DNA of 63,861 nt, filler included, from Eubacteriales bacterium (GCA_045636665.1; 10 parts of 10 records of this genome joined end to end with filler, not necessarily neighbours in it), one strand, 5' to 3'; shown: positions 9,517 to 19,684, counted from the first letter of the whole stretch. Notes: a model not told the origin generated them from the letters alone. Translations and numbers: made by a program.

Positions 9517-10353
9517 CTATTCTTTTTCAACGCCTTCGATTGCGTCTATAGCATCGGCAATAACGTTGTTTGCCTTTTCAAGCTCGATCGCGGCGCGTTC
9601 GGCATCGCAACCGGTTTTTTGACAAATCATTCTTATTGCGCGGTCGACAAGCTTTATGTTCGAGGGGACCATATAAGCCATATAATTGCCTCTGACACGG
9701 CCGTGACGAATCATTGCGCCGGTCGAAAGCATATTAAGAATCATTTTTTGCGCGGTACCGGCTTTCATTCTTGTGCTTCCGTTTATAACTTCGGGGCCAA
9801 CCTCGGCAACAATCGGAATATCGACCATAGGTACGAGATCGCTGTTTGGGTTGCAAGAAATACAAAGCGTATAAGCGCCGCATTCCTTTGCATATCTTAT
9901 AGCGCCCTTTACACAGTTCGCACTGCCGCTTGCGCTTATCGCGACAAGAATATCCCTTGCGGAAAAATCTCTTTTACGCATTTCAGAAACGATGCTTTCA
10001 AAATCGTCCTCTGCGAACTCTCGTGATGCATAAAGCGCTTCGTAACCGCCTGCCATAAGTCCCACAACGGTATCTGCGCTCACGCCGTAGGTAGGTACGC
10101 ATTCCGATGCGTCCAAAACGCCTAAACGTCCCGAAGTGCCTGCGCCGCAATAATATATGTGGCCGCCGGCATTCAAGCAATTTGCCATTGTTTCAATACC
10201 TTCGGCAATTTGTGTTAGGGCCTTTTCAACTGCAAAAGCGACCTTTTTATCTTCCTCGTTAATTGCTTTTGCGATTTCCAATGCAGTCATTTTATCAATG
10301 TTCTCGGTGTTTTTGTTAAAGCCCTCGGTTGTAAGTTTAGAGTATTCTGTCAT
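9517..10353 (-). CDS. murQ: N-acetylmuramic acid 6-phosphate etherase
   Basis: LTTE..N, GAGTSGRLGVLDASEC, GPEVINGSTRMKAGTAQKMILNMLST. Confidence 0.95.
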   Translation of the reverse strand: MTEYSKLTTEGFNKNTENIDKMTALEIAKAINEEDKKVAFAVEKALTQIAEGIETMANCLNAGGHIYYCGAGTSGRLGVLDASECVPTYGVSADTVVGLMAGGYEALYASREFAEDDFESIVSEMRKRDFSARDILVAISASGSANCVKGAIRYAKECGAYTLCISCNPNSDLVPMVDIPIVAEVGPEVINGSTRMKAGTAQKMILNMLSTGAMIRHGRVRGNYMAYMVPSNIKLVDRAIRMICQKTGCDAERAAIELEKANNVIADAIDAIEGVEKE

Positions 10354-10382
10354 AAAATTCTCCGCAAAACTATTTTTTTAAA

Positions 10383-10468
10383 ATATTAACACATCGCAAG
10401 AATATTGTCAATAAACTTCCAAAAAACACCTTGGCGTTATTGACAACCTTATGCTAATATGCTATATT
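10383..10468. promoter_or_regulatory. Divergent sigma-A promoters (murQ on -, GT2 operon on +)
   Basis: + strand TTGACA(10440)-17nt-TATATT(10463); - strand TTGACA(10411)-17nt-TAATAT(10388); both have TG extension. Confidence 0.7.
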
Positions 10469-10507
10469 TTACCTATAGAATAAGTACATTATTGTGGCGG
10501 ATATGGT

Positions 10508-11458
10508 ATGAATAAAAAACTTATTAGCGTAATCGTTCCTTGCTATAATGAGGCCGAAGCGTTGCCGTTCTTTTTCGCTGAATTAGAGCGCGTTATCGAT
10601 TCGATGCCCGAATATGATTTTGAGGCGATTTACGTCGATGACGGCTCCAAAGATCAAACTTTGGAAATTGTTCGCAACCGAGCAAAAGAGGATAGTCGTA
10701 CGCGATTTGTTTCTTTTTCGCGTAATTTCGGTAAAGAAGCGGGTATGCTTGCCGGTCTTCGCTCCGCAAAAGGCGATTATGCCGTTATTATGGATGCCGA
10801 TCTTCAGGATCCGCCCTCGCTGTTGCCTCAAATGATGGCGCTTCTTAACGAAAAAAAGGTTGATTCCGTTGCAACAAGACGCGGAACCCGTAAAGGGGAA
10901 CCGCCCGTCAGAAGCTTTTTTGCCAAATGCTTTTACGGAATCGTTAATAAAATTTCAAAAGTAAAGCTTGTACCCGGCGCACGCGACTATCGTCTTATGT
11001 CGCGTCGTATGGTTGACGCCGTGCTTTCGCTTTGCGAATACAACCGCTTTTCAAAGGGTATTTTTGAATGGGTCGGCTTTAAAACCGAATGGATAACCTA
11101 TGAAAATATCGAGCGCGTAGCTGGTAAGACTAAATGGTCATTCTGGGGACTGTTCAAGTATTCTCTTGAATGTATCGTTGCGTTTTCAACCGCACCCTTG
11201 GCAATCAGCTCTTTTTGCGGATTCTTTATGTTTCTTATTTCAATCATCGGCGCGCTTGTTATCATAATCCGCAAGATTATTGATTCAACTTCTTCTGTCG
11301 GCGGTTGGGCTTCTACAATCTGCGTTATTTTGTTTGTAGGTGGATTGCAATTGCTTTGCATCGGTGTACTTGGACAGTATTTGTCAAAAACGTATATGGA
11401 AACCAAGCGTCGTCCCGACTATATCGTTGCGGAAACCGAAGAAGATAAAACGGAGTAA
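10508..11458 (+). CDS. GT2 polyprenol-phosphate glycosyltransferase (GtrB/CsbB-like)
   Basis: VIVPCYNE, VDDGSKD, FSRNFGKEAG, MDADLQDPP, two C-terminal TM helices, TKRRPDYIV. Confidence 0.92.
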   Translation: MNKKLISVIVPCYNEAEALPFFFAELERVIDSMPEYDFEAIYVDDGSKDQTLEIVRNRAKEDSRTRFVSFSRNFGKEAGMLAGLRSAKGDYAVIMDADLQDPPSLLPQMMALLNEKKVDSVATRRGTRKGEPPVRSFFAKCFYGIVNKISKVKLVPGARDYRLMSRRMVDAVLSLCEYNRFSKGIFEWVGFKTEWITYENIERVAGKTKWSFWGLFKYSLECIVAFSTAPLAISSFCGFFMFLISIIGALVIIIRKIIDSTSSVGGWASTICVILFVGGLQLLCIGVLGQYLSKTYMETKRRPDYIVAETEEDKTE

Positions 11459-11461
11459 ATT

Positions 11462-11794
11462 ATGTTCGGATTTAAGAAAAAACCGCCAAAGGATACGAAC
11501 AGTCCCGAATTCAGATTATATATGTGCAAAAAGCTTGACGGTCGCGCTTTAAAATACGTTTTGGAGCGTGATCCCGAAAAAGGCGATTACGTTATCGGAA
11601 AAGGCGGAGTGCTCAGCCTTTTTGAGGGCGATTTTTCTGTCGTCAGCGGCGGAAAAACGCTGTTCACATGCAAGGCTGATGAATTGCACGCTTGGGAATT
11701 TATGTCGCTTGACGGCGCTACTTTGACCGGCTTTGATAAAGTTCAGGGCAAGGAACGTACCGTTATGGCGTATTACACTTATTACAGAGATTAA
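11462..11794 (+). CDS. Hypothetical protein (110 aa)
   Basis: RBS GGAG, in operon position, host-like codons; no recognised family. Confidence 0.7.
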   Translation: MFGFKKKPPKDTNSPEFRLYMCKKLDGRALKYVLERDPEKGDYVIGKGGVLSLFEGDFSVVSGGKTLFTCKADELHAWEFMSLDGATLTGFDKVQGKERTVMAYYTYYRD

Positions 11795-11833
11795 TTTTAG
11801 GAGGTTGCGCCCCTTAAAGGCGCGTATAAAACA

Positions 11834-12922
11834 ATGGCTGAAAAACTCAGAATTGGTATCATCGGTTGCGGTGGTATCGCAAACGGAAAGCATCTTCCCG
11901 CGCTTAAAGCACAACCTGACGTTGAAATGGTTTGGTTCTGCGATATCGTTCGCGAAAGAGCTGAAACCGCGGCAAAGAATTACGGCACACCCGATGCAAA
12001 GGTTTGCACCGACTATCGCGAAGTGCTTGAGGATAAAACTGTTGATGTAGTACACGTGCTTACTCCCAACCGTTCTCACAGCTTTATCACCGTTGATGCT
12101 CTTGAAGCAGGCAAACACGTTATGTGCGAAAAGCCTATGGCTATCAACGCGGCTGAAGCAAAGAAGATGGTTGATGCCGCAAAGAGAACGGGTAAAAAGC
12201 TTACTATCGGTTATCAAAACCGTCACCGTCCCGATTCACTTTACGTTAAGACAGAAGCTGAACAAGGCACCTTTGGTGATATTTATTATGCAAAGGCTAC
12301 TGCAATCAGAAGAAGAGCGGTTCCCACTTGGGGCGTATTTATGAACGAATACGAGCAAGGCGGAGGTCCTCTTATCGATATCGGCACCCACGCGCTTGAC
12401 CTTACTATGTGGTGTATGGATAATTACAAGCCCAAATATTGCGTAGGTACTACCTATCACAAGCTTGGCGAAAAATTCCCCTCCGGTAACGCTTGGGGCG
12501 ATTGGAAGCCCGGTGAACTCACCGTAGAGGATTCCGCGTTCGGATTCATCGTTATGGAAAACGGCGCTACCATCATTCTCGAATCGAGCTGGGCGCTTAA
12601 TATGCTTGATCCCCGCGAAGCGATAACGACTCTTTGCGGTACCGAAGGCGGCGTTGATATGCTCGACGGCGTTCGTATCAACGGTATTCGTAACGGCAGA
12701 CCTTATGTTCTTAAGCCCGGTCTTGGTGCAGGCGGCGTTGACTTCTATGATGGCTCGGGCGATGAAACTCCCGCAAACCGCGAAGCAAGACTTTGGGTTG
12801 AAGCAATCCGTAACGACACCGAACCCTTCGTAACTCCCGAACAGGCATATGCGGTAAGCTGCATTCTCGAAGGCATCTATACCTCGGCGAAGACCGGCGA
12901 ACCCTATTACTTTAACAAATAA
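11834..12922 (+). CDS. Gfo/Idh/MocA family NAD-dependent oxidoreductase
   Basis: GIIGCGGIA, CEKPMA, RRRAVPTWG, GGGPLIDIGTH. Confidence 0.93.
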   Translation: MAEKLRIGIIGCGGIANGKHLPALKAQPDVEMVWFCDIVRERAETAAKNYGTPDAKVCTDYREVLEDKTVDVVHVLTPNRSHSFITVDALEAGKHVMCEKPMAINAAEAKKMVDAAKRTGKKLTIGYQNRHRPDSLYVKTEAEQGTFGDIYYAKATAIRRRAVPTWGVFMNEYEQGGGPLIDIGTHALDLTMWCMDNYKPKYCVGTTYHKLGEKFPSGNAWGDWKPGELTVEDSAFGFIVMENGATIILESSWALNMLDPREAITTLCGTEGGVDMLDGVRINGIRNGRPYVLKPGLGAGGVDFYDGSGDETPANREARLWVEAIRNDTEPFVTPEQAYAVSCILEGIYTSAKTGEPYYFNK

Positions 12923-12934
12923 GAGGTAAAACCT

Positions 12935-13903
12935 ATGAAATTAGGAGTAATAACCGTCCTTTTCGGCGACAGACCGTTGGACGAAGCTCTTTCTTATCTC
13001 AAATCCTTAGGCATCGAAGAGCTTGAGGTCGGCGCAGGCGGATATCCCGGAAAAGCGCATTGCGATCCCGAGGTGCTTCTTGCCGATGATAAAAAGCTTG
13101 AAGAATTTAAAGCGACCTTTGAAAAATACGGTCTTAAGATTAACGCCTTCGGTTGTCACGGAAACCCCGTGCATCCCGATAAGGATATTGCGGAAAAATA
13201 TCGCAAGGACTGGCGCAACGCAGTTCTTCTTGCCGAAAAATTGGGCATTAAGAAGATAATCGGATTTTCGGGTTGTCCCGGTGATTGCGAAGCTTCCAAA
13301 TATCCCAACTGGGTTACCTGCCCTTGGCCCGAGGATTATCTTGCGGTTCTTGAATATCAGTGGAATGACGTTCTCATTCCTTATTGGAAAGAAGAAGCGA
13401 AGTTCTGTGCTGAACACGGAATTGAAAAGATTTGCTTTGAAATGCACCCCGGCTTTTGCGTTTATAACCCCGAAACCCTGCTTCGCTTGCGCGCGGCAGT
13501 AGGCGATATTATCGGCGCGAATTTCGACCCCTCGCATCTTATCTGGCAGGGAATCGATCCCGTTGCGGCTATCCGCAAGCTTGGAAACGCTATTTATCAC
13601 TTCCATGCAAAGGATACCAAAATCGACCAAATCAATACTGCAGTAAACGGCGTGCTCGATACCAAGCATTACGGTGATGAAATCAACCGTTCTTGGATTT
13701 TCCGTGCTGTCGGTTACGGTAACGATATGCAATATTGGCGCGATATGATAAGCAATCTCCGTCTTGTCGGTTACGATGACATTCTTTCTATCGAGCACGA
13801 AGATTCGCTTATGACCTCCGAAGAAGGTCTTGAAAAAGCTGTTGCTTTCCTCAAACAGTGTATTATGAAAGAGCCTGCTCCCAAAGGAATGTTCTGGGCA
13901 TAA
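12935..13903 (+). CDS. Sugar phosphate isomerase/epimerase family (xylose-isomerase-like TIM barrel)
   Basis: Metal ligands in FEMHPG, NFDPSH, HFHAKD, SIEHED. Confidence 0.9.
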   Translation: MKLGVITVLFGDRPLDEALSYLKSLGIEELEVGAGGYPGKAHCDPEVLLADDKKLEEFKATFEKYGLKINAFGCHGNPVHPDKDIAEKYRKDWRNAVLLAEKLGIKKIIGFSGCPGDCEASKYPNWVTCPWPEDYLAVLEYQWNDVLIPYWKEEAKFCAEHGIEKICFEMHPGFCVYNPETLLRLRAAVGDIIGANFDPSHLIWQGIDPVAAIRKLGNAIYHFHAKDTKIDQINTAVNGVLDTKHYGDEINRSWIFRAVGYGNDMQYWRDMISNLRLVGYDDILSIEHEDSLMTSEEGLEKAVAFLKQCIMKEPAPKGMFWA

Positions 13904-15001
13904 ATGAAGGTTCTTCTTGCTCCCGACTCATTTAAAGGTTGCCTTACCTCAAAAGAGGTTTGTGCGGCTATGTCGGAGGGTATTAAAAAGTATTCGGAAA
14001 ATATTGAAGTGATGCAATTCCCCTCGTCCGATGGTGGTGAGGGGTTTTGCGATTGTATGAGGAATATTTTCGGCGGTGAAGTAATCGAAAGGGAAGTTAC
14101 CTATCCGCTCGGAGATAAAGGCAATGCATCGTTTATATATTTATCCGAAACAAAAACGGCTTTTATCGAAATGGCTTCCGCTTCGGGACTAATGCTTGTT
14201 CCGAAAGAAAAAAGAAACGTTTTGCGTTCGACAACAAAGGGAACAGGCGAGCTTATTAAAGAAGCAATAACGTTGGGTGCGGAAACCGTTGTTTTGGGTC
14301 TTGGCGGCTCGGCGACCAATGATTGCGGTATGGGCCTTTTGCATTCTCTCGGTATGCGCTTTTTGGATTCGGCGGGATTTGAACTAAAACCCGTTGCAGA
14401 GTCGCTCGGTAAAGTGCAATACGTTGTGAAAAATGATTTCATCGATATCAGTAACGTGAAATTTATAGCCGCTTGTGATGTGAAAAATCCGCTTTGCGGT
14501 GAAAATGGCGCGGCGCGTGTGTTTGCGAAACAAAAGGGCGCAAGCGATGCGGAAATAGAAATGCTTGACAAAGCGGCGACTCATTTTGCAAAGAAGATGA
14601 ATATCGACCCCGATTTGTCAGGCGCAGGTGCCGCAGGCGGTGTCGGCGCTGCCGTTCTTTCGGTTCTTAACGGTGAATATGTAAGCGGTGCATCATTGCT
14701 TGTAAATTCAGAAAAGTTTAAAAATGCTTTGTCACAAGCTGATCTTTTGATAACAGGCGAGGGTAACACGGATTCGCAGACTGCATATGGTAAGTTGGTG
14801 AGCGTTGTTGCAACCGCAGCGAAATCGTACGGAGTGAAAACGGTTGTTCTTTCAGGCGGCTTGTCTGAAGGTTATGAGTCCTTGCGTGATTTCGGTGTAA
14901 CCGAATTTAGGTCTTTAATCGATAAGAACAGGGATCTGGACTATTGTTTAAGCCGCGCAAAAGAGCTTATAAAAGAAATAACTTATGAAATTATAAAATG
15001 A
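13904..15001 (+). CDS. glxK: Glycerate kinase (GlxK/GarK family)
   Basis: APDSFKG, SDGGEG, EMASASG, GLGGSATNDCG, GAGAAGG, ITGEG. Confidence 0.9.
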   Translation: MKVLLAPDSFKGCLTSKEVCAAMSEGIKKYSENIEVMQFPSSDGGEGFCDCMRNIFGGEVIEREVTYPLGDKGNASFIYLSETKTAFIEMASASGLMLVPKEKRNVLRSTTKGTGELIKEAITLGAETVVLGLGGSATNDCGMGLLHSLGMRFLDSAGFELKPVAESLGKVQYVVKNDFIDISNVKFIAACDVKNPLCGENGAARVFAKQKGASDAEIEMLDKAATHFAKKMNIDPDLSGAGAAGGVGAAVLSVLNGEYVSGASLLVNSEKFKNALSQADLLITGEGNTDSQTAYGKLVSVVATAAKSYGVKTVVLSGGLSEGYESLRDFGVTEFRSLIDKNRDLDYCLSRAKELIKEITYEIIK

Positions 15002-15034
15002 CTTAAAAAACCTCTTTTCGAGGTTTTTTTAAGT
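15001..15034 (+). terminator. Intrinsic terminator
   Basis: ACTTAAAAAACCTC-TTTTC-GAGGTTTTTTTAAGT. Confidence 0.7.
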
Positions 15035-15038
15035 ATAG

Positions 15039-15066
15039 CGTTACTTTTTTAAAATAAATTCGTCTT
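15039..15066 (+). promoter_or_regulatory. Putative ECF-type promoter
   Basis: CGTTAC-16nt-CGTC just upstream of the ECF sigma gene; similar to the AAC-N16-CGT pattern of Bacillota ECF promoters. Confidence 0.45.
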
Positions 15067-15096
15067 AATAAGTGAAAGGCAAAGGAGGGATTGCTT

Positions 15097-15639
15097 GTGA
15101 ATGACAACGAAATGATACTTTTGCTGTTTGAACGCTCGGAAAATGTTATAGCAGAAATTGAAAAACATTATAAACAACAATGTATGCGAGTTGCTCGCAA
15201 CATCCTTCATAACGAGCAGGATGCCGAGGAGTGCTTTAATGATGCACTCTTAAAGCTTTGGAATACGGTACCGCCAAATGAACCTCACTCGTTGTTTGCC
15301 TATCTGTCCGTAATAACACGAAACGTTGCGTTGGACAGATATAAATATCTTAGCGCCGATAAACGCGGAGAAACCGATTTGGTATTCGAAGAGCTTGAAA
15401 ACTGTATTTCTGCTTCGGATATCTTTGAGGAAAACGAGCTTGCAGAGATCATTGATGAATTTCTCGGTAATGAGGTAGCGGAAAACCGTAAAATTTTTCT
15501 TTTGCGATACTATGAAGCAAACTCAATATCGAATATCTCAAAAATACTCTCGCTTCCGGAGGCAAGTATTAAAATGCGTTTGTCGCGTATGAGAAAAAGA
15601 TTAAAAAAGCTACTTATTAAGAAAGGGGTTTATAAATGA
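15097..15639 (+). CDS. ECF RNA polymerase sigma factor
   Basis: DAEECFNDALLKLWN (region 2), RKIFLLRYY...IKMRLSRMRKRLK (region 4); GTG start 8 nt after GGAGG. Confidence 0.9.
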   Translation: MNDNEMILLLFERSENVIAEIEKHYKQQCMRVARNILHNEQDAEECFNDALLKLWNTVPPNEPHSLFAYLSVITRNVALDRYKYLSADKRGETDLVFEELENCISASDIFEENELAEIIDEFLGNEVAENRKIFLLRYYEANSISNISKILSLPEASIKMRLSRMRKRLKKLLIKKGVYK

Positions 15640-16904
15640 GAATAACAAAAGCAATGTCTGAAATTTCGGATATATACATTGACGAATTAAAAACCGTCAA
15701 TATGCCGATTAATAGAAGGCGTTCGTTTCGACCTATGGTTATTGCCGCGACCCTCGTTTCGCTCGTCGTATGCGTTTCGTTGTTTGCGGTGATTGGCTCG
15801 CAACCTCCGGAAACACCGGTGATTCCGCCTGACTTTTCGGAAACACTTTCGCAAAATACGTCGGCAAATAGCGATGATAATTACAATAACGTTTCAACAG
15901 AAATAAACGACTCGTCGGATTACTCTAACGAAACTTCAAACCAAAACACTTCAATTCCGAATAAAAATTCCTCCTCAGACGAAACATCGGCGCCCGATGA
16001 AAATTCGAATAATGAATCGTCTTGGCATCCTCCGTATATCGATGAAACCGATGCTGACTTTACTGCACAGCAGATTGCGGATATTTTTGACGTAAGAGAA
16101 GATGGTGGAACAAATAAATATGATGTGTTGGGCTTTGAAAGTGTGAACGATATTAAAACGGGTTCGATTCCGCAGGGCAATCTTCCGATGCTTTTGGAAA
16201 GCGATTGGGAATACGATTACCATAAATTTGCATTAGGCGGCATTGCTGAGCATTCGCTTTATCTTGACGGTAAAACCATAATTTTGCCCGAAGATGTATC
16301 GTATGAAGAAGTCTATTCGGTAGCGCTTGAATGGTTACCGCACTGTCAAAAGCATTTTGGCTTTAAATACGATGATATTGAGGTGATCGACATATATAAT
16401 GGATATAAGATAATATATTATGATTCTTCACAAAGTTATCCATATTTTTATTATGGCAGACCGATAATGTATACCAATGCGTTTTTGCAATTATATGTGG
16501 GTACTAATACCGATTCGGGAATAATTACACTTTCGTGGATTGAGTATAAATCTAAAAACAATACGTTTGCCGAAGGCGAAAGGTTCAATACAATTTCGCT
16601 TGAAGAAGCTGAAGTGATGCTTGAAAAAGGATATGTTTTCGGAGGGCACACTTGTCCACTTTGTATGCAATTGCAAGATAACGTGGATTTTACCGATTAC
16701 GATCACGTTGGAATTGAGTATGTACAACGCTTTACATTTGAAGGTGTTACGAATGAATATTACCCCTTCTATGCCTTTTATAAAGAGATCGAAGATGGCA
16801 AATTTGCACGCACTTACGTTCCCGCATTCAGAGTTAGCGGCTTAGAAGAATATTTTGAGGCACAAGAATCAAAGCATAATTCTTCAGGTTTAATTCCTGT
16901 TTAA
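15636..16904 (+). CDS. Putative anti-sigma factor (single TM, S/N/E-rich linker, extracytoplasmic domain with HxCxxC)
   Basis: ATGA overlap with the sigma gene; N-terminal AMSEISDIYIDE, TM at about aa 34-54, GHTCPLCM. Confidence 0.7.
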   Translation: MRITKAMSEISDIYIDELKTVNMPINRRRSFRPMVIAATLVSLVVCVSLFAVIGSQPPETPVIPPDFSETLSQNTSANSDDNYNNVSTEINDSSDYSNETSNQNTSIPNKNSSSDETSAPDENSNNESSWHPPYIDETDADFTAQQIADIFDVREDGGTNKYDVLGFESVNDIKTGSIPQGNLPMLLESDWEYDYHKFALGGIAEHSLYLDGKTIILPEDVSYEEVYSVALEWLPHCQKHFGFKYDDIEVIDIYNGYKIIYYDSSQSYPYFYYGRPIMYTNAFLQLYVGTNTDSGIITLSWIEYKSKNNTFAEGERFNTISLEEAEVMLEKGYVFGGHTCPLCMQLQDNVDFTDYDHVGIEYVQRFTFEGVTNEYYPFYAFYKEIEDGKFARTYVPAFRVSGLEEYFEAQESKHNSSGLIPV

Positions 16905-16921
16905 AAGAACTAAACAAAAAT

Positions 16922-16952
16922 AACCGACCGGTCTTAAAGATCGGTCGGTTTT
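16922..16952. terminator. Bidirectional terminator
   Basis: AACCGACCGGTCT-TAA-AGATCGGTCGGTT between convergent genes. Confidence 0.8.
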
Positions 16953-16965
16953 AAATTGTGATTAA

Positions 16966-17940
16966 TTAAAGCGCGTTTGCGGGAATAAAATGGGTTAAAA
17001 CGCCGTGTAAAACGTATCGCTCGTCATCATTCGAGGTAACGTTTGCGCAGGTGATAAGGGTTACAACGCGTGAATTTTCATCGTATTTATTGGTAACTCG
17101 AAGCTCGTTTCGAGAAACTACCTCGTCAAGAAATGCTTTGAAATCAGCGCTGTTTGCAAATATGGTTCTTTCGTAAAACCTATCGTCGTCGCGGTAACCG
17201 CTTAAGACCTTGTAAATGTAAAGTCCGTCTTCGGTATATATCTCGATATTCATCGCCTTGGCGGTAGAGTTTTTAACGGCGCTTTCCATAAAGGTTTTCA
17301 GCGATCTGAACATAAGGCCGTTTTTCATACAGTGCCCATAGATAACGTTGTTCATATTCGCGTTATAAACGTCGGATAGATTGGAATCGGCAGTAATACT
17401 TCCGTAAGATGATTTAACGCCGTCAATTGTGTGGTCGAGATAGTAATTAGTATAAGGACCCTTCATAACGGGGTAGTCGATATCTGTAAAATTAACGTAT
17501 ATCCAAGCATACATATCGGGATATTTCGTAATCTTATTCATATAGTTTCTGTATATCGAGCTTCGACGCTGCGAATCCTCGACAGAAACGATTGTATCGG
17601 TTTCGATTTCTTTATATTCACCGTTGGAATCGAGCATTTCTTTTAACGTGAGCATCGGAGAGGTTTCGGGCAATGAAGGCGAGGGCTTAACCGCCGAAAT
17701 AAAACCGTCGGCACGAAGATCACTGTAAAAATCATTTGCTTGTTCGGTTTCGTAAGCACTTGAAACAAGCTGAAAAACAGCATATCCGAACACCGAAATG
17801 CAAAGCATAATACAAATACAGCGTATAACAAGAGACGGTAACATTGCGCGTTTTCTTTCGTCAAAATCTCCGCTTACATAATTGTGTGAAAAGCTGTCAA
17901 CCGATTCCAAAAAGCTGTTACTGTTCTGATTATCGGACAT
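16966..17940 (-). CDS. srtB: Class B sortase
   Basis: N-terminal TM, IDYPVM, YYLDH, NVIYGH.MKNGLMF, TLITC, ERYVLHG; start placed at MSDNQ after a GGAGG RBS. Confidence 0.88.
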   Translation of the reverse strand: MSDNQNSNSFLESVDSFSHNYVSGDFDERKRAMLPSLVIRCICIMLCISVFGYAVFQLVSSAYETEQANDFYSDLRADGFISAVKPSPSLPETSPMLTLKEMLDSNGEYKEIETDTIVSVEDSQRRSSIYRNYMNKITKYPDMYAWIYVNFTDIDYPVMKGPYTNYYLDHTIDGVKSSYGSITADSNLSDVYNANMNNVIYGHCMKNGLMFRSLKTFMESAVKNSTAKAMNIEIYTEDGLYIYKVLSGYRDDDRFYERTIFANSADFKAFLDEVVSRNELRVTNKYDENSRVVTLITCANVTSNDDERYVLHGVLTHFIPANAL

Positions 17941-18152
17941 TAAAACCCCTCCTTTCGCATATATTATATACAAAAGTGCACTAAAATGCAACCTCTTAAT
18001 AATTATATTTAAAAAAAGGTTACAAAAGATTCAAAAATCCCCAAAAAGACTTNNNNNNNNNNNNNNNNNNNNNNNNNNNNNNNNNNNNNNNNNNNNTTAA
18101 TTAATTAANNNNNNNNNNNNNNNNNNNNNNNNNNNNNNNNNNNNNNNNNNNN

Positions 18153-18290
<138 letters not shown>

Positions 18291-18307
18291 CATTAAGGAA
18301 GATATTT

Positions 18308-19672
18308 ATGAATTACGACGTAATAATCATCGGCGCAGGCCCCGGCGGTATTTTTGCCGCTTATGAGCTTATGCAACGCCAACCGTCACTTAAGGTTGCG
18401 GTGTTCGAGGCGGGACACGAATTAAGCAAAAGACGTTGCCCTATCGACGGAGAAAGGATAAAAAGCTGTATAAGCTGTAAAAGCTGCTCGATAATGAGCG
18501 GATTCGGCGGCGCAGGCGCATTTTCCGACGGTAAATATAACATTACCAACGATTTCGGCGGAACGCTTTACGAATATATCGGTAAAAAGCAGGCGCTCGA
18601 TTTAATGTATTATATCGATGAAATCAATCTTCGTTACGGCGGAGAGGGTACAAAGCTTTATACCACCGCAGGAAGCCGATTCAAAACAACCTGCATTCAA
18701 CACGATTTGCATCTTTTGGATGCGTCGGTAAGGCATTTGGGCACCGATATTAACTATATCGTGCTTGAAAACCTTTTTGCATATCTTAAGGATAAGGTCG
18801 ACTTTTTCTTTGACACGCCCGTTAAATCGGTTTCGCGTACCGATAACGGATACGGCATCGAATGCGACAAGGGCGAATTTACCTGCAAGGACTGTATAAT
18901 TTCGGTTGGCAGAAGCGGAAGCAAATGGATGGAGCAGGTCTGCAAGGAGCTTGATATCAATACAAACTCGAACCGTGTCGATATCGGTGTCCGTGTTGAG
19001 CTTCCCGCCGAGGTTTTTGCTCATATTACCGACGAGCTTTATGAAAGCAAGATAATGTACCGTACCGAAAAATACGGCGATAGGGTAAGAACCTTCTGTA
19101 TGAACCCGAAGGGCGCCGTTGTTACCGAAAATACGAACGGCATCATTACGGTAAACGGTCACAGCTATGAAGACCCTGCAAAGCAAACGCGAAACACAAA
19201 CTTTGCGCTTTTGGTTGCAAAGCATTTTTCGGAGCCCTTTAAGGATTCCAACGGCTATGGCGAAAGCATTGCTCGGCTTTCAAATATGCTTGGCGGCGGT
19301 GTTATCGTTCAACGCTTTGGCGACCTTATCCGCGGACAGCGCTCGAATCACAAGCGTATCGAGGAAGCGTTTATCACGCCCACTCTCAACGCAACACCCG
19401 GCGATTTGAGCTTGGTGCTTCCCAAACGTATTCTCGACGGCATTATAGAAATGCTTTATGCGCTCGATAAGGTTGCGCCCGGCACGGCAAACGATGATAC
19501 TCTGCTTTACGGTGTAGAGGTCAAGTTCTATAATATGGAGGTCGAGGTTGATGAAAACCTTGAAACCAAGCATAAGGGACTTTACATTATAGGTGACGGA
19601 AGCGGTATTACCCATTCGCTTTCGCACGCATCGGCAAGCGGCGTTTACGTTGCAAGAAATATTACAAAATAA
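18308..19672 (+). CDS. FAD-dependent oxidoreductase (COG2509-like)
   Basis: IIGAGPGG, CP..CxxCxxC, GGAGAFSDGK, RTFCMNP, TNFAL, GVEVKFY, IGDGSG. Confidence 0.85.
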   Translation: MNYDVIIIGAGPGGIFAAYELMQRQPSLKVAVFEAGHELSKRRCPIDGERIKSCISCKSCSIMSGFGGAGAFSDGKYNITNDFGGTLYEYIGKKQALDLMYYIDEINLRYGGEGTKLYTTAGSRFKTTCIQHDLHLLDASVRHLGTDINYIVLENLFAYLKDKVDFFFDTPVKSVSRTDNGYGIECDKGEFTCKDCIISVGRSGSKWMEQVCKELDINTNSNRVDIGVRVELPAEVFAHITDELYESKIMYRTEKYGDRVRTFCMNPKGAVVTENTNGIITVNGHSYEDPAKQTRNTNFALLVAKHFSEPFKDSNGYGESIARLSNMLGGGVIVQRFGDLIRGQRSNHKRIEEAFITPTLNATPGDLSLVLPKRILDGIIEMLYALDKVAPGTANDDTLLYGVEVKFYNMEVEVDENLETKHKGLYIIGDGSGITHSLSHASASGVYVARNITK

Positions 19673-19684
19673 CGAATAAAAAAG

